The position numbers were made by a program, and so were the translations under genes. Below the pieces are notes generated by a model. That model saw only the letters and a list, made by a program, of their open reading frames with translations. It made no database searches and had not been told where the DNA came from. From an uncultured Gemmatimonadales bacterium (GTDB lineage: Bacteria > Gemmatimonadota > Gemmatimonadetes > Gemmatimonadales > GWC2-71-9), in assembly GCA_963846435.1 (NCBI GenBank), contig CAWJVX010000007.1:728817-792816 (forward strand): 64,000 bases of DNA, given 5' to 3'. Shown here one piece after another: positions 1-12,188 of this stretch; the first letter of the stretch is position 1; each line of letters starts with the position of its first letter.

Positions 1-1
1 G

Positions 2-319
2 CAGGAGCCCCGCGCCCTGGTGCTCGACGAGCCGACCGCCTCGCTCGACGTGCGCCATGAGATGGAGTTATTCGAGCTGATTCGCCAACTGGTCAATGGC
101 GGACTCGCTGGCCTGGTCATCACCCACCACCTCAATCTGGCTGCGCGTTTTGCGGATCGGATCGTCCTCCTGGATCGCGGTGTGGTCGTCGCCGAGGGTA
201 CGCCGGCGGAGGTCATGAACCGGGACACCCTCTCCCGGGTCTTCGAATGGCCGGTCGCGGTAACCACCTGGTCCGATGGCTCTCCCCAGGTAGTGCCCCT
301 CCGGGTCGGCGAACAATGA
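2..319 (+). CDS. ABC transporter ATP-binding protein, C-terminal part (FecE/BtuD-like iron-chelate/cobalamin type); 5' end lies outside the window
   Basis: From the window edge the frame reads QEPRALVLDEPTASLD (Walker B/D-loop), then VITHH (H-loop). Stop TGA at 317-319. Confidence 0.85.
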   Translation, partial: QEPRALVLDEPTASLDVRHEMELFELIRQLVNGGLAGLVITHHLNLAARFADRIVLLDRGVVVAEGTPAEVMNRDTLSRVFEWPVAVTTWSDGSPQVVPLRVGEQ

Positions 320-342
320 CAATCAATGTTGGGAGACAATTC

Positions 343-2326
343 ATGGGAACATCCCTGTTCCGGCCATTAGGGCTCGCTACCATCATGATCTTTACCGCCT
401 TCCTGTCGGTGTACGGACAGGAAACGCAGGATACGACCCGGCTGGAGGAGCTGGTGGTGACGCCTACCCGGCTGCCGACGCCCGCCGACGAGGTAGTGGC
501 CTCGGTCACGGTGATTGCCGGTGACGACCTTCGCGCTCGCGGTGTGCGCTTCGTGCAGGACGCGTTGCGCGAAGTCCCGGGTGCCGCGGTGGTGCAGGGA
601 GGGTCCTTCGGCGGGGTCAGCTCGGTGTTCCTGCGCGGCGGTGAGAGCGACTACGTCAAGGTTCTCATCGATGGGGTGCCCGCAAATCAATCCGGTGGAG
701 CGTTTAATTGGGCCAACTTGACCACCGACAACGTGGACCGAATCGAGATCCTGCGAGGGCCCGGAAGCGTGATTTACGGCTCCGATGCGGTGAGTGGGGT
801 CGTACAGGTCTTCACCCGGCGAGGCGAACCCGGCTTCTCGGTCGAAGGCGGAGCGGAGGGGGGCACCTTTGGGACCTTGAACGGGCGCGGCGCGGTCCTC
901 GGCGGAACGCCTCGTCTCACCTACTCGGCGGACGCGAGTCGGTTCGCCACCGACGGCACCTATCCGTTCAACAACGATTATGGCAACACGGCGCTCAGTG
1001 GCTCGATACGGGGGCTTCCCGATCCACGAACCGATGCATCGCTTTCGGTTCGGTTCACCGACAGCCGCTATCATTTTCCTACCGACTTCGCCGGCGCGCT
1101 GGCCGACAGCAATCAGTCCAGCGCTGAGGAGATGCTCACCCTTGCCGCCGAAGTTGGCCGCCGGCTCGGTCCCCGGTTCGACCTCCGGCTTACCGCGGGA
1201 GGAAATCGCACCCTCCACGAATTCGATGACCGGCCCGACAACGCAGCGGACACGCTCGGGTTCGGGTTCGCCTCGCAGCGGGACTCGCGGGCTCAACGGG
1301 GCAACCTCGACGCACGGGTCAATGGGACCCTGAGCCCGGTGCTGACCCTCACCGGGGGAGTGCAGGTAGAACGAGAGACCGAACGGCAATCAGGGGAGAC
1401 CACCTCAAACTTCGGCGGAATCGCCACCGTTCCGGACACGCCCTTCGATCGAGGCCGAACCACCGTTGGCTATTACGCCCAGGGGGTTGTGGATCTGGCC
1501 TCGGGGCTGGCCCTCAACCTGAATGCCCGGGTGGACGACAACAGCGCCTTCGGAACTTTCTTTACCTATCGGGCCGGGGCAGTGTATCGCCTGCCGTCGG
1601 GAACCCGGGTTCGGGCGTCACTGGGGCGGTCATTCAAGGCGCCAACCTTCTGTGAACAGTTCTGCGACGCCCCGTTCGTGGTGGGCGACTCGACCTTGCA
1701 GCCCGAGCGGTCCAACAGCTGGGAGGCCGGTGTCGGAACAGTCGGTGGCGGACGGCCGGGTGTCGCTCTGGGCCACGTACTTCGATCAGCGCTTCCGCGA
1801 CATGATCGTATATGACGGCAGCGGCGCACCGGGCGATCCGACCTATTTCAACGGTGCCGCCGCCAGGTCGAAGGGCATCGAGACCGGTGTTGGCCTCACT
1901 CTGACACCCGATGTCAGACTGTCGGCCTCCTATACCTACCTCGTGGCCAAGGCGACCGACGATGGCGGATTGCCGTCAGCGACCTTCGCTACCGGCGAGC
2001 GGCTGATCCGGAGGCCCAGGCACTCGGCCGAGCTCGCGGTGCGTGGCCGGCTGCTCGATCGCGTCACCCTGGGGGGCTCGGTCATCTACGTGGGGGCTCG
2101 GGAGGACGTCGACTTCAACCAGTTCCCGGCTCAGAGGGTAGAGCTCCCCGACTACGCCACGGTAGACCTGGCCACCGAGATCGAGGTGGTCCGGGCCGGC
2201 CCGGGACGCCCCGGCATCTCGGGCGTGCTGCGGGCGGAGAATCTGTTCAACCAGGACTACGACCAGGTGGTGGGTTTTGCCGGCCGCCGAAGGGGTGTGT
2301 TCGGAGGTGCCAAGTTCCGATTCTGA
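343..2326 (+). pseudogene. TonB-dependent receptor (BtuB-like plug plus barrel), frame-disrupted near 1735
   Basis: GGGAG RBS precedes ATG 343. Signal peptide MGTSLFRPLGLATIMIFTAFLSVYG; plug motifs EELVVTPTR and DRIEILRGPGSVIYGSDAVSGVVQVFT. The N-part is ORF 247..1815 and the C-part is ORF 1523..2326, ending in the typical GGAKFRF. The join SWEAGV|EQSVADGRVSLWATYF requires skipping one base (g at about 1735). Confidence 0.85.
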
Positions 2327-2391
2327 CGGCAGCCGACTGGCGGCCGGGACCCGGTGCTTCGATCTTTGAATGATGACGATCCCGCCGAGCC

Positions 2392-3450
2392 GTGATCCGC
2401 TTGGCCCTGGCTCCGCTTTTAGCTGGGGCCTGGTCCTGCGCCGAGACGTCCGCGCCGCTTCCTCCCCCGGAGGAGGTCATCGTGGTTCTCAACACCACGG
2501 CCGCTACGCTGAGCCTGGTGCCGGTTTCCGCCCCGACCCAGGTCTCGACTATCCCCCTCGGGCCATCGGACGTGCTGCCGGCCGGCGTGGCCACTCGGGG
2601 AGCCACCGCGGTGGTGCCTCTCCGCGGGAGAGATGCCCTCGCCGTGGTGGACCTGCGCGTAGGCGCGCTGGTAAACACCATCGCCCTTGCGCCGGGTTCC
2701 GGTGTGGCAGGCGCGGCGTTGATCAGCGACTCCGTCGCCTATGTCTCCAACGCCAACCTCAATACGGTTACCCGGGTGGATCTGGTAACCGGCGATACTG
2801 CCAGCACCATTGTCGGCCCCACGCCGCAACACCTGATCTTCACCCGAGGCCGGGTGCTGGTCATGAACGCCAATGTCGATACCTTCGGCAAGCCGGCCGG
2901 ACCGAGCTCGATCAGTGTGATTGACCCGGCCAACCCCCCCGCGGTCGGCCGGATCGGTCACATCCCGCTCGTCGGGCCGGGGAATGCCCGGTTCAGCACG
3001 GTAGCCGGAGACGGCCTGGTATACGTCATCCAGGAGGGCGACCCCACGGTGGATGAGGGGCGACTCTCCATTGTCGACCCGGTAGATCGTCGGGAGCTGG
3101 CCAGTTTCGGGGGGCTCGGCTTCGGCCCGGGCGATCTCACCGCAGACAACGGTGAGCGGCTGCTGATCAGTTCCCGCAGTGAAGGGCTCATGGAGTTCGA
3201 CACCGAGGAGCGCACCGTCATCCGGGGCGAGGGCGACGGAGTGGTGATACCGGCCAACACCGGCGTGGCGGTGGACTCGCAGGGTCGGATATACGCGCTT
3301 GAGGCAGGTTGTTCGGGGAATGGAGTGGTCCACGTGCTTCGGCCCGACTTCACCGAGGTCCGGTCGGTGCCGGTCGGACGCTGCGCCAGTCAGGCCCTGC
3401 TCGCGCGGGTGCCGGCCGCCGGTACCGAGGCGACGGACGAGCCCATGTAG
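2392..3450 (+). CDS. YVTN/YncE-like beta-propeller lipoprotein
   Basis: N-terminus MIRLALAPLLAGAWSC is lipobox-like. Repeated strands of the type AYVSNANLNTVTRVDLVTG, VLVMNANVD..SSISVIDPAN and LVYVIQEGD...LSIVDP. Lies directly downstream of the TonB receptor. Confidence 0.6.
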   Translation: MIRLALAPLLAGAWSCAETSAPLPPPEEVIVVLNTTAATLSLVPVSAPTQVSTIPLGPSDVLPAGVATRGATAVVPLRGRDALAVVDLRVGALVNTIALAPGSGVAGAALISDSVAYVSNANLNTVTRVDLVTGDTASTIVGPTPQHLIFTRGRVLVMNANVDTFGKPAGPSSISVIDPANPPAVGRIGHIPLVGPGNARFSTVAGDGLVYVIQEGDPTVDEGRLSIVDPVDRRELASFGGLGFGPGDLTADNGERLLISSRSEGLMEFDTEERTVIRGEGDGVVIPANTGVAVDSQGRIYALEAGCSGNGVVHVLRPDFTEVRSVPVGRCASQALLARVPAAGTEATDEPM

Positions 3451-3486
3451 CACCCGGAGATGCCGCTCCGGGCTACATTCCCCTGC

Positions 3487-4249
3487 ATGCCCCTGGTGTC
3501 CACGCCCGCGATCGTCCTTTCCACGCTCCGATACAGCGAGACCTCCAAGATCGTTCGACTTGCGACCCGCGAGCACGGGGTGCAGAGCGTCATCGCAAAG
3601 GGCGCTCTGCGGCCGAAGAGTCACTTCGGGGCCGCGCTGCAGCTGTTGAGTGAAGGGCAGGCGCAGTTTCTCCTCAAGGAGCATCGGGAGCTGCACCTGC
3701 TCACCAGCTTCGATCTGAGACGGCTCCACGTGGGGCTCGCGACCGAGCTGGATCGGTACGCGGTTGCTTGCGCACTGGGGGAAGTGATGCTCCGCTTTGC
3801 TCCACCGGACCCCCACCCTGAGAGCTTCGATCTGCTGCGGCAGGCGCTGGAACAGCTGGAGGTCGCTCCCCTCCCGAGCGTCGAGGCTCTCGGCTATCGC
3901 CTGCTATGGCAGATGGTGAGCGTGCTCGGCTTCGAGCCTTCGCTCGACTCATGCGTCATCGATGGCACTCCGATGCCCAAGGGTGGGCCGCTCCCCTTCA
4001 GCACCCGCGAAGGCGGGGCCCTGTGTCCGGTCTGCGCCGCGCACTACGGTGCGACGCAGCTCCCGGAGCGAGGCCCGGGGTGACCTCCGGGCGTTGATGG
4101 ACTCGGCCGAGGCGTTGCCGGTGCTGGATGCGAAGCACGGGGCGGCTCACCGCCGGCTGTTGGCGCGATACATCCGCTATCACCTGGGCGAAGGTGCCGA
4201 GCTTCCCGCCCTCGAATTCTGGACCGAGCGTCCCTGGATAGCGGCATGA
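3487..4249 (+). pseudogene. recO: DNA repair protein RecO, frame-disrupted near 4066-4070
   Basis: N-terminus MPLVSTPAIVLSTLRYSETSKIVRLATREHG is the RecO OB-fold; an alternative ATG sits at 3460. CPVC zinc motif present. The first frame stops at 4083. The +1 frame continues EARGDLRALMDS...RYIRYHLGEGAELPALEFW to TGA 4249. That stop overlaps the selB ATG as ATGA. Confidence 0.8.
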
Positions 4250-6090
4250 TTATCGGCACCGCCGGTCATATCGATCACGGGAAGTCCACCCTGGTAAGCG
4301 CCCTCACCGGCCGGCCGATGGACCGGCTGATGGAGGAGAGACGGCGAGAGATCACCATCGAGCTCAACTTCGCACCGCTCCATCTCGGATCCGGCGGTGT
4401 GGCGGGAGTGGTGGATGTTCCCGGTCATGAGGACTTCGTCCGCACCATGGTGGCAGGAGCATCGGGAATCGATCTGGTGCTCCTCGTGATTGCCGCTGAT
4501 GAGGGAATCATGCCCCAGACCGAGGAGCACCTGGCCATTCTGGAGCAGCTGGAAGTGCCGGCCGGAATTCCGGTCATCACCAAAACCGACCTGGCAGACA
4601 GCGAATGGCTTCAGCTGGTAACCAGCGAGGTCACCGACCGTCTGGCCACCTCATCGATCAACTTCGAGCCCCCAGTGCCGGTGTCCGCCAGGAACGGAAC
4701 CGGGATAGAGGTCCTTCGCGATCGGCTCGTGGCCCGTGCGGCTGCGCTCCCACCGAGGCTCTCCGGCGACGCGTTCCGGATGCCGATCGACCGGAGCTTT
4801 TCCCTCTCAGGTGTCGGAACCGTGGTGACCGGCACCTCGTGGTCGGGGCGACTCGGTATCGGCGACTCGGTCGTCGTGTTGCCGGTTGGGCTGCGGGGAC
4901 GGGTACGATCGCTCGAGAGCTACGGGCAGGCCGTGGATCGGAGCGACCCCAGGGCCCGAATCGCGGTCGGCCTGGCCGGCCTCGAGCGACGGGCGGTAGG
5001 ACGGGGCGACGTCCTGGTTACCGACGAGCTTCCCTGGGCTGCCGCATCCGCCTTAGATGTCGAGATCACGCTGTTGCCCGGAGCAGCACGGCCGTTGAGA
5101 TCGCGAAGCCGGGTTCGGCTGCATCTCGGTACCGGCGAGGTAATGGCCCGAGTGCTACCTCGCTTGCCGATCGAGCCCGGGGCGACCGGAATGGCCCGGC
5201 TTTCGTTGGAGAAGCCCTTGGTGGCACGTGCTGGCGACCGCTTCGTGCTCCGAAGCTATAGCCCGGTCACCACCATCGGCGGTGGCCGGGTGCTCGATCC
5301 GCTTCCGCCCGGTCGCCGAAGCGCGTGGCCTCCAGGCCTGGCCGCTCGCAACCCGGCCGAGCGCTTCGAGGCGGTGCTCCTGCGGCGGAGCGAAGGGGTC
5401 GAGGCCACTGCCTTGCCGCTCCTGCTCGGCCTTCCCCCGACAGCGGCGTCCGAGGTGGCGCGGGTCGAGCCGGGTGCTCGCCTGGTGGGTGACATCTGGG
5501 TCATGGCCAGCGCCGTGGAGGAGGTCGGCAGTCGTGCCCTCGTGGTTCTGCGGGACTATCACCGGCAGCACATCAGCGATCCGGGCATGCCGTTGGAGAC
5601 ACTCAGGCACTCGCTCCACGCCCGGGAGGTCGTGATCGAGGCTGCTTTGAGCGACCTCGTCCGGGCTGGCCGCCTCCGCCGCACCGATGGGGTGGTGGCC
5701 CTTGCCGGCTTCGTTCCCCGAGTGGTGGGCGGAGACGTGGAGATCGATCGCGTCGTTCGCATCCTGCTCGAGGCCCGCCTCAATCCACCTTCCGTTCCCG
5801 AGCTGGAGCGCACCACAGGGCGCCGCGATCTGCTGCCGCTGCTGCGCTTGGCTGCGGCACGGGGACAGGTCGAGGCCGTCGAGCGGGACCGCTTTTATGC
5901 TCGTGAGGCCCTGGATCAGTTCACCTCGGTCCTGAACGACCTGGGCCAGCAGGGTGAGATCATCCCCGGTGCCATCCGCGACCGGCTGGGCATCACCAGG
6001 AAATATCTGATCCCGCTGCTCGAATGGGCGGATGGAAAGGGTATTACCGTAAGGGTGGGGGAGGGGAGGCGGCTGAAGCAAAAGGTCTAA
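4246..6090 (+). CDS. selB: Selenocysteine-specific translation elongation factor SelB
   Basis: GTPase motifs GHIDHGKS, DVPGHE and TKTD. Length 614 aa with a long C-terminal winged-helix-type extension typical of SelB. Confidence 0.9.
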   Translation: MIIGTAGHIDHGKSTLVSALTGRPMDRLMEERRREITIELNFAPLHLGSGGVAGVVDVPGHEDFVRTMVAGASGIDLVLLVIAADEGIMPQTEEHLAILEQLEVPAGIPVITKTDLADSEWLQLVTSEVTDRLATSSINFEPPVPVSARNGTGIEVLRDRLVARAAALPPRLSGDAFRMPIDRSFSLSGVGTVVTGTSWSGRLGIGDSVVVLPVGLRGRVRSLESYGQAVDRSDPRARIAVGLAGLERRAVGRGDVLVTDELPWAAASALDVEITLLPGAARPLRSRSRVRLHLGTGEVMARVLPRLPIEPGATGMARLSLEKPLVARAGDRFVLRSYSPVTTIGGGRVLDPLPPGRRSAWPPGLAARNPAERFEAVLLRRSEGVEATALPLLLGLPPTAASEVARVEPGARLVGDIWVMASAVEEVGSRALVVLRDYHRQHISDPGMPLETLRHSLHAREVVIEAALSDLVRAGRLRRTDGVVALAGFVPRVVGGDVEIDRVVRILLEARLNPPSVPELERTTGRRDLLPLLRLAAARGQVEAVERDRFYAREALDQFTSVLNDLGQQGEIIPGAIRDRLGITRKYLIPLLEWADGKGITVRVGEGRRLKQKV

Positions 6091-6224
6091 AGTCGACAGT
6101 CTCGAGTCCGGAGGTGGCTCCGAAGGTCGGAACATATTAGTCCTTAGACCCTAGACCCTAGACTCTAGACTAGCCCAAAACCCTTGACTCTAGACTCTCG
6201 ACTCTAGACCTTCACCCTAGAAGG
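6084..6224. repeat. Heptamer-unit repeat element (unit TAGACYC and its complement) with an inverted left arm overlapping the selB stop codon
   Basis: Left arm 6084-6109: GGTCTAA AGTCGAC AGTCTCG AGTCCG. Block 1, 6145-6173: TAGACCC TAGACCC TAGACTC TAGAC TAG. Block 2, 6184-6224: TTGACTC TAGACTC TCGACTC TAGACCT... The reverse complement of block 2 matches the left arm at about 22 of 26 positions. Confidence 0.8.
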
Positions 6225-6295
6225 TGTTGACGCCGTATTCCGATCAGCACGGAGGTGCCACTACCGTTCAACACGTTGTTTGAAGAGGAGCGCCC

Positions 6296-6733
6296 ATGGT
6301 CCGCTTTGCGTGGCCGGGGTGGTGGCTCGGGCTTCTGGTGGGAGCAGGCCCCCCGGTAGCGGCACAGGCGAATGTGCTCCCTCCGCGGGTCGAGCTGAAG
6401 GAGAACTACCCCAATCCGTTTTTCCCGGCGACGACGATCCCATTCGAGATTTCCCGGGCGGTTTGCGCGAGGGGTCATCAGCCGGTGGTCAGCCTGAAGA
6501 TCTACAATGTCCTGGTGCAGGTGGTGGCGATTCCGACCTTGGCGAATGGATCGAGCGAACGGCTGGACAGCCTTCGCTTGCGCTGTGGAGAGTATCGGGC
6601 CTTCTGGGACGGGCGGTACCTGGATGGAGAACGGCAGGCCACTTCGGGAGTCTACTACTACCAGCTCACCGTCGATGGCGAACGGTTTACCCGAAAGATG
6701 ATCGCACAGACGAGGGTCGCCAGGCAGAAGTGA
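6296..6733 (+). CDS. Small secreted protein made essentially of a T9SS-type C-terminal sorting / FlgD-Ig-like domain
   Basis: GAGGAG RBS. Signal peptide MVRFAWPGWWLGLLVGAGPPVAAQA. Then LKENYPNPFFPATTIPFEIS...VSLKIYNVLVQVV...YRAFWDGRYLDGERQATSGVYYYQLTVDGERFTRKMI, the classic NYPNPF...IYD...WDG...GVYFY pattern. Confidence 0.7.
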   Translation: MVRFAWPGWWLGLLVGAGPPVAAQANVLPPRVELKENYPNPFFPATTIPFEISRAVCARGHQPVVSLKIYNVLVQVVAIPTLANGSSERLDSLRLRCGEYRAFWDGRYLDGERQATSGVYYYQLTVDGERFTRKMIAQTRVARQK

Positions 6734-6739
6734 GCGCGG

Positions 6740-6763
6740 GAGGCAGCCGAAAAAGGCTGCCTC
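6740..6763 (+). terminator. Stem-loop terminator candidate
   Basis: GAGGCAGCC-GAAAAA-GGCTGCCTC (9-bp perfect stem) followed by TTCGCGT, just after the stop at 6733. Confidence 0.55.
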
Positions 6764-6931
6764 TTCGCGTGTCGGGGAAGGAGCGATGAAGCGAATGCTC
6801 CCGGCCAATGCTGCCAAACAGGCAGGCTTCCGGGGTACGAGGCTTGCCAGCCCATGAGATGCTTTGAACCTTCCACCCAACCCGCTGGACCCCCACGAGC
6901 TGGGTGCCGGACCGTGCTCATCTGAGGACCT

Positions 6932-9571
<2,640 letters not shown>

Positions 9572-9602
9572 AGGCACACCGTCACCGAGCGATCTCGCAG
9601 GA

Positions 9603-10032
9603 ATGCAGGCCGCCCTCCGGCTCGCCCGGGCCGCCTCGGTCCGGGAGGAGGTACCGGTCGGAGCCGTGGTCATCGCCGAGGGCGAGATCCTGGGCGAGGC
9701 CCACAACGAGACGGTGCAGCGCCGCGATTCAACCGCCCACGCGGAGACTGCTGGCCCTCCAGCGGGCGCTCCAGAAGGTGGGAGAGGACCGGCTGCCGAT
9801 GACGACCATGTACGTGACGCTGGAGCCCTGCGCCCAGTGCGCCGGGGCCATCGTCCTGACCAAGGTAGGCCGGGTCGTGTTCGGTGCGTACGACGCGAGA
9901 TGCGGAATGGCGGGCTCGGTGTACGACCTGCTTCGCAACCCGCGATTGAATCACCGGCCGGAAGTGGTCGGAGGACTGATGGCCGAAGAGTGCGGAGATC
10001 TTCTCAAGCGGTTCTTCCTCAGCAGGCGGTAG
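9603..10032 (+). pseudogene. tadA: tRNA adenosine(34) deaminase TadA, frame-disrupted near 9746-9747
   Basis: MQAALRLARAASVREEVPVGAVVI...DSTAHAE lies in frame 0; the ORF could start at GTG 9564. Then LLALQRALQKVGEDRLPMTTMYVTLEPCAQCAGAIV...LLKRFF lies in the +1 frame (ORF 9778..10032). Both HAE and PCxxC zinc motifs are present. One extra base occurs in GCGGAGACTGCTG. Confidence 0.85.
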
Positions 10033-10164
10033 GCTCCAGGCTGAAACAGTATTTACCTGAACTCCTCCCGTGTGTCAGCGGGGATGGCTCGCGCATCTCC
10101 CGAAGACATCCGGCCCGCCGAAGCGCGGCGGCGAGATGCAATCCTCTGCATGCGGGAGCTTCCT

Positions 10165-12138
10165 ATGCGACTGCTCGATCCGTTTCCCGGCCGGCTGGTG
10201 CCGGGGCTCGCCCTGTTTCTGCTAATCACTCTCACCACCACCGCTGCTGCTCCCGTCCTGCGAGTGCCGGCGACCGGCCGGGTGGAAGGCCATGTTCGGA
10301 ATCACCAGGGAGCTCCCATTGCGAACGCGCAGGTCTTCGTGGTTGGCACCGCGCTCAACGTCCTGACCGACAGTGCCGGGGTGTACGTATTTCCCGCCAT
10401 CCCTGAGGGCCGGGCAACCATTCGTGCGGCCTTTATCGGCTACCGGTCGGCGGAGGCGACAGTTGCAGTTCGAACGGGCCGTACGATCACCCAGGACTTC
10501 ACGCTCGAACAGTCGGCGGTCCAGCTCAACGAGCTCACCGTACGGAAGGACGCGGCTGAGGCAGCTTCTCCCATGCTCAACTCCCGGCAGAGTCTTGACG
10601 CGCAGCAGGGCGGCATCGCGCCCCGGGGCGCCAAGGTTGCGGAGAGCCGGAGGCCGTACGTGGACGGCCTGCCGTACGAGCCTTGGCGGGTGCAGCGGGA
10701 GCCGGGGAACACCGAGGCCTATGCGTTTATCCAGGAGAACCGGTTCCTGGCAGCGGCGGCCAACCCGCTCTCGACCTTCTCGATCGATGTGGACGCGGCA
10801 TCGTACAGCAACGTGCGGCGCTTTCTCAGCCAGGGCACCCTCCCGCCGGCCGACGCGGTGCGGCTGGAGGAGCTGGTCAACTATTTCCCCTACACCTATC
10901 CCGATCGTACCGGCCGGCATCCGTTTGCCGTCACCACCGAGGTCGGACCGAGCCCCTGGGCCCCCGAGCATCGCCTGGTCCGCATCGGACTCCAGGCCAA
11001 ACGGTTTGCAACCCGTGACCTGCCTCCGAGTAACCTGGTATTCCTCATCGATGTCTCCGGCTCGATGAAGTCCTGGGACAAACTCCCGTTGGTGAAACAG
11101 GCATTCTGCGCGCTGGTGAAGGAGCTCCGTGCCCAGGACCGGGTGGCCATCGTAGTCTACGCCGGCGCAGCCGGACTGGTGCTCCCCTCCACCTCGGGCG
11201 CCGACAAGTCCACCATCCTCGCCGCTATCGATCGGCTCGAGGCCGGTGGGTCGACGGCCGGCGGAGCCGGGATCAAGCTGGCCTACGACGTGGCTCGGGA
11301 GAACTACCTCCCGGAAGGAAATAACCGCCTGATCCTGGCCACCGACGGCGATTTCAACGTGGGTGTGAGCTCCGATGCGGAGATGATCCGCCTGGTGGAA
11401 ACTCGCCGGGAGGAGGGAACCTTCCTCACCGTGCTCGGTTTCGGCACCGGAAATCTGAAGGACACCAAGATGGAGCAGATGGCCGACAAGGGAAACGGCC
11501 ACTATGCCTACATCGACAGCTTCCGGGAGGCCCAGAAGGTCTTCGTGCGGGAGTTTGGCGGCACGTTGTTCACCGTGGCCAAGGACGTGAAGATCCAGGT
11601 CGAATTCAACCCAGCCAGGGTGCAGGCGTACCGTCTGCTGGGGTATGAAAACCGGCTGATGGCCAAGGAAGACTTCGCCGACGACAAGAAGGATGCCGGT
11701 GAGATGGGTGCCGGGCACGCGGTGACCGCGTTGTACGAGATCGTGCCGGTGGGCGCCCGTCCGGTGGCACTCGGTGGCGACAGCCTCACCTACCAGAAGG
11801 TCTCCCTGCGGCCGTCCGCCAGTCGGAGCTCCGAGCTCATGACCGTGCGGCTACGCTACAAGGATCCAGACGGCAGCCGGAGCCGGCTGCTCTCCACCGC
11901 CGTCGAAGACCGCGGCGGCTCGTCCGCCTCGCGGGACCTTCGCTTTGCCTCCGCGGTTGCGGCCTTCGCGCTCGTCCTCAGAAACTCGGATAACAAGGGC
12001 GAGGCAAGCTATGACATGGTGCTGGCGCTGGCCCGGGACGCCCGGGGAGAGGATCCCGAGGGATACCGGGGTGAGTTCATCAGCATGGTGGAGCGGGCCA
12101 GAACCCTGAGCGCTGGAGGCGATACCGCCATGGAGTAG
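10165..12138 (+). CDS. von Willebrand factor type A domain protein with carboxypeptidase-regulatory-like N-domain (YfbK-like)
   Basis: GGGAG RBS precedes ATG 10165, followed by a signal/TM segment. CarboxypepD_reg-like GRVEGHVRNHQGAPIANAQVFVVGT...; vWA MIDAS motif LIDVSGSM. Earlier in-frame ATGs at 10072 and 10150 are possible. Confidence 0.8.
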   Translation: MRLLDPFPGRLVPGLALFLLITLTTTAAAPVLRVPATGRVEGHVRNHQGAPIANAQVFVVGTALNVLTDSAGVYVFPAIPEGRATIRAAFIGYRSAEATVAVRTGRTITQDFTLEQSAVQLNELTVRKDAAEAASPMLNSRQSLDAQQGGIAPRGAKVAESRRPYVDGLPYEPWRVQREPGNTEAYAFIQENRFLAAAANPLSTFSIDVDAASYSNVRRFLSQGTLPPADAVRLEELVNYFPYTYPDRTGRHPFAVTTEVGPSPWAPEHRLVRIGLQAKRFATRDLPPSNLVFLIDVSGSMKSWDKLPLVKQAFCALVKELRAQDRVAIVVYAGAAGLVLPSTSGADKSTILAAIDRLEAGGSTAGGAGIKLAYDVARENYLPEGNNRLILATDGDFNVGVSSDAEMIRLVETRREEGTFLTVLGFGTGNLKDTKMEQMADKGNGHYAYIDSFREAQKVFVREFGGTLFTVAKDVKIQVEFNPARVQAYRLLGYENRLMAKEDFADDKKDAGEMGAGHAVTALYEIVPVGARPVALGGDSLTYQKVSLRPSASRSSELMTVRLRYKDPDGSRSRLLSTAVEDRGGSSASRDLRFASAVAAFALVLRNSDNKGEASYDMVLALARDARGEDPEGYRGEFISMVERARTLSAGGDTAME

Positions 12139-12188
12139 GGCTACGCTGTTCAATCTTCACCGTTCCGCTTTATCTTTCCCCCGCTCCT

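Noticed and set aside
367-1389. Long antisense and overlapping ORFs throughout the window (for example 367..1389 -, 2419..3816 -, 13974..15344 -, 15128..16495 -, 35649..37478 -, 41798..43246 -, 49260..51764 -, 62169..63386 -).
   Set aside because: They lie opposite or out of frame to genes with unmistakable family motifs. Their translations are Arg/Gly/Pro-rich low-complexity sequence typical of shadow ORFs in high-GC DNA.
6084-6224. Possible CRISPR array at the tandem-repeat loci (also 38818-39016 and 43205-43292).
   Set aside because: The units are only 7 nt, contiguous and degenerate. There are no 25-40-nt repeats separated by unique spacers, and no cas genes nearby.
6764-6931. Sigma-32-type heat-shock promoter or CIRCE upstream of clpB (CTTTGAA at 6862-6868, C-rich tract near 6890).
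   Set aside because: Spacing between the -35-like and -10-like elements is either far too short or about 21 nt. No CCCCATNT-like -10 is present, and there is no CIRCE inverted repeat.
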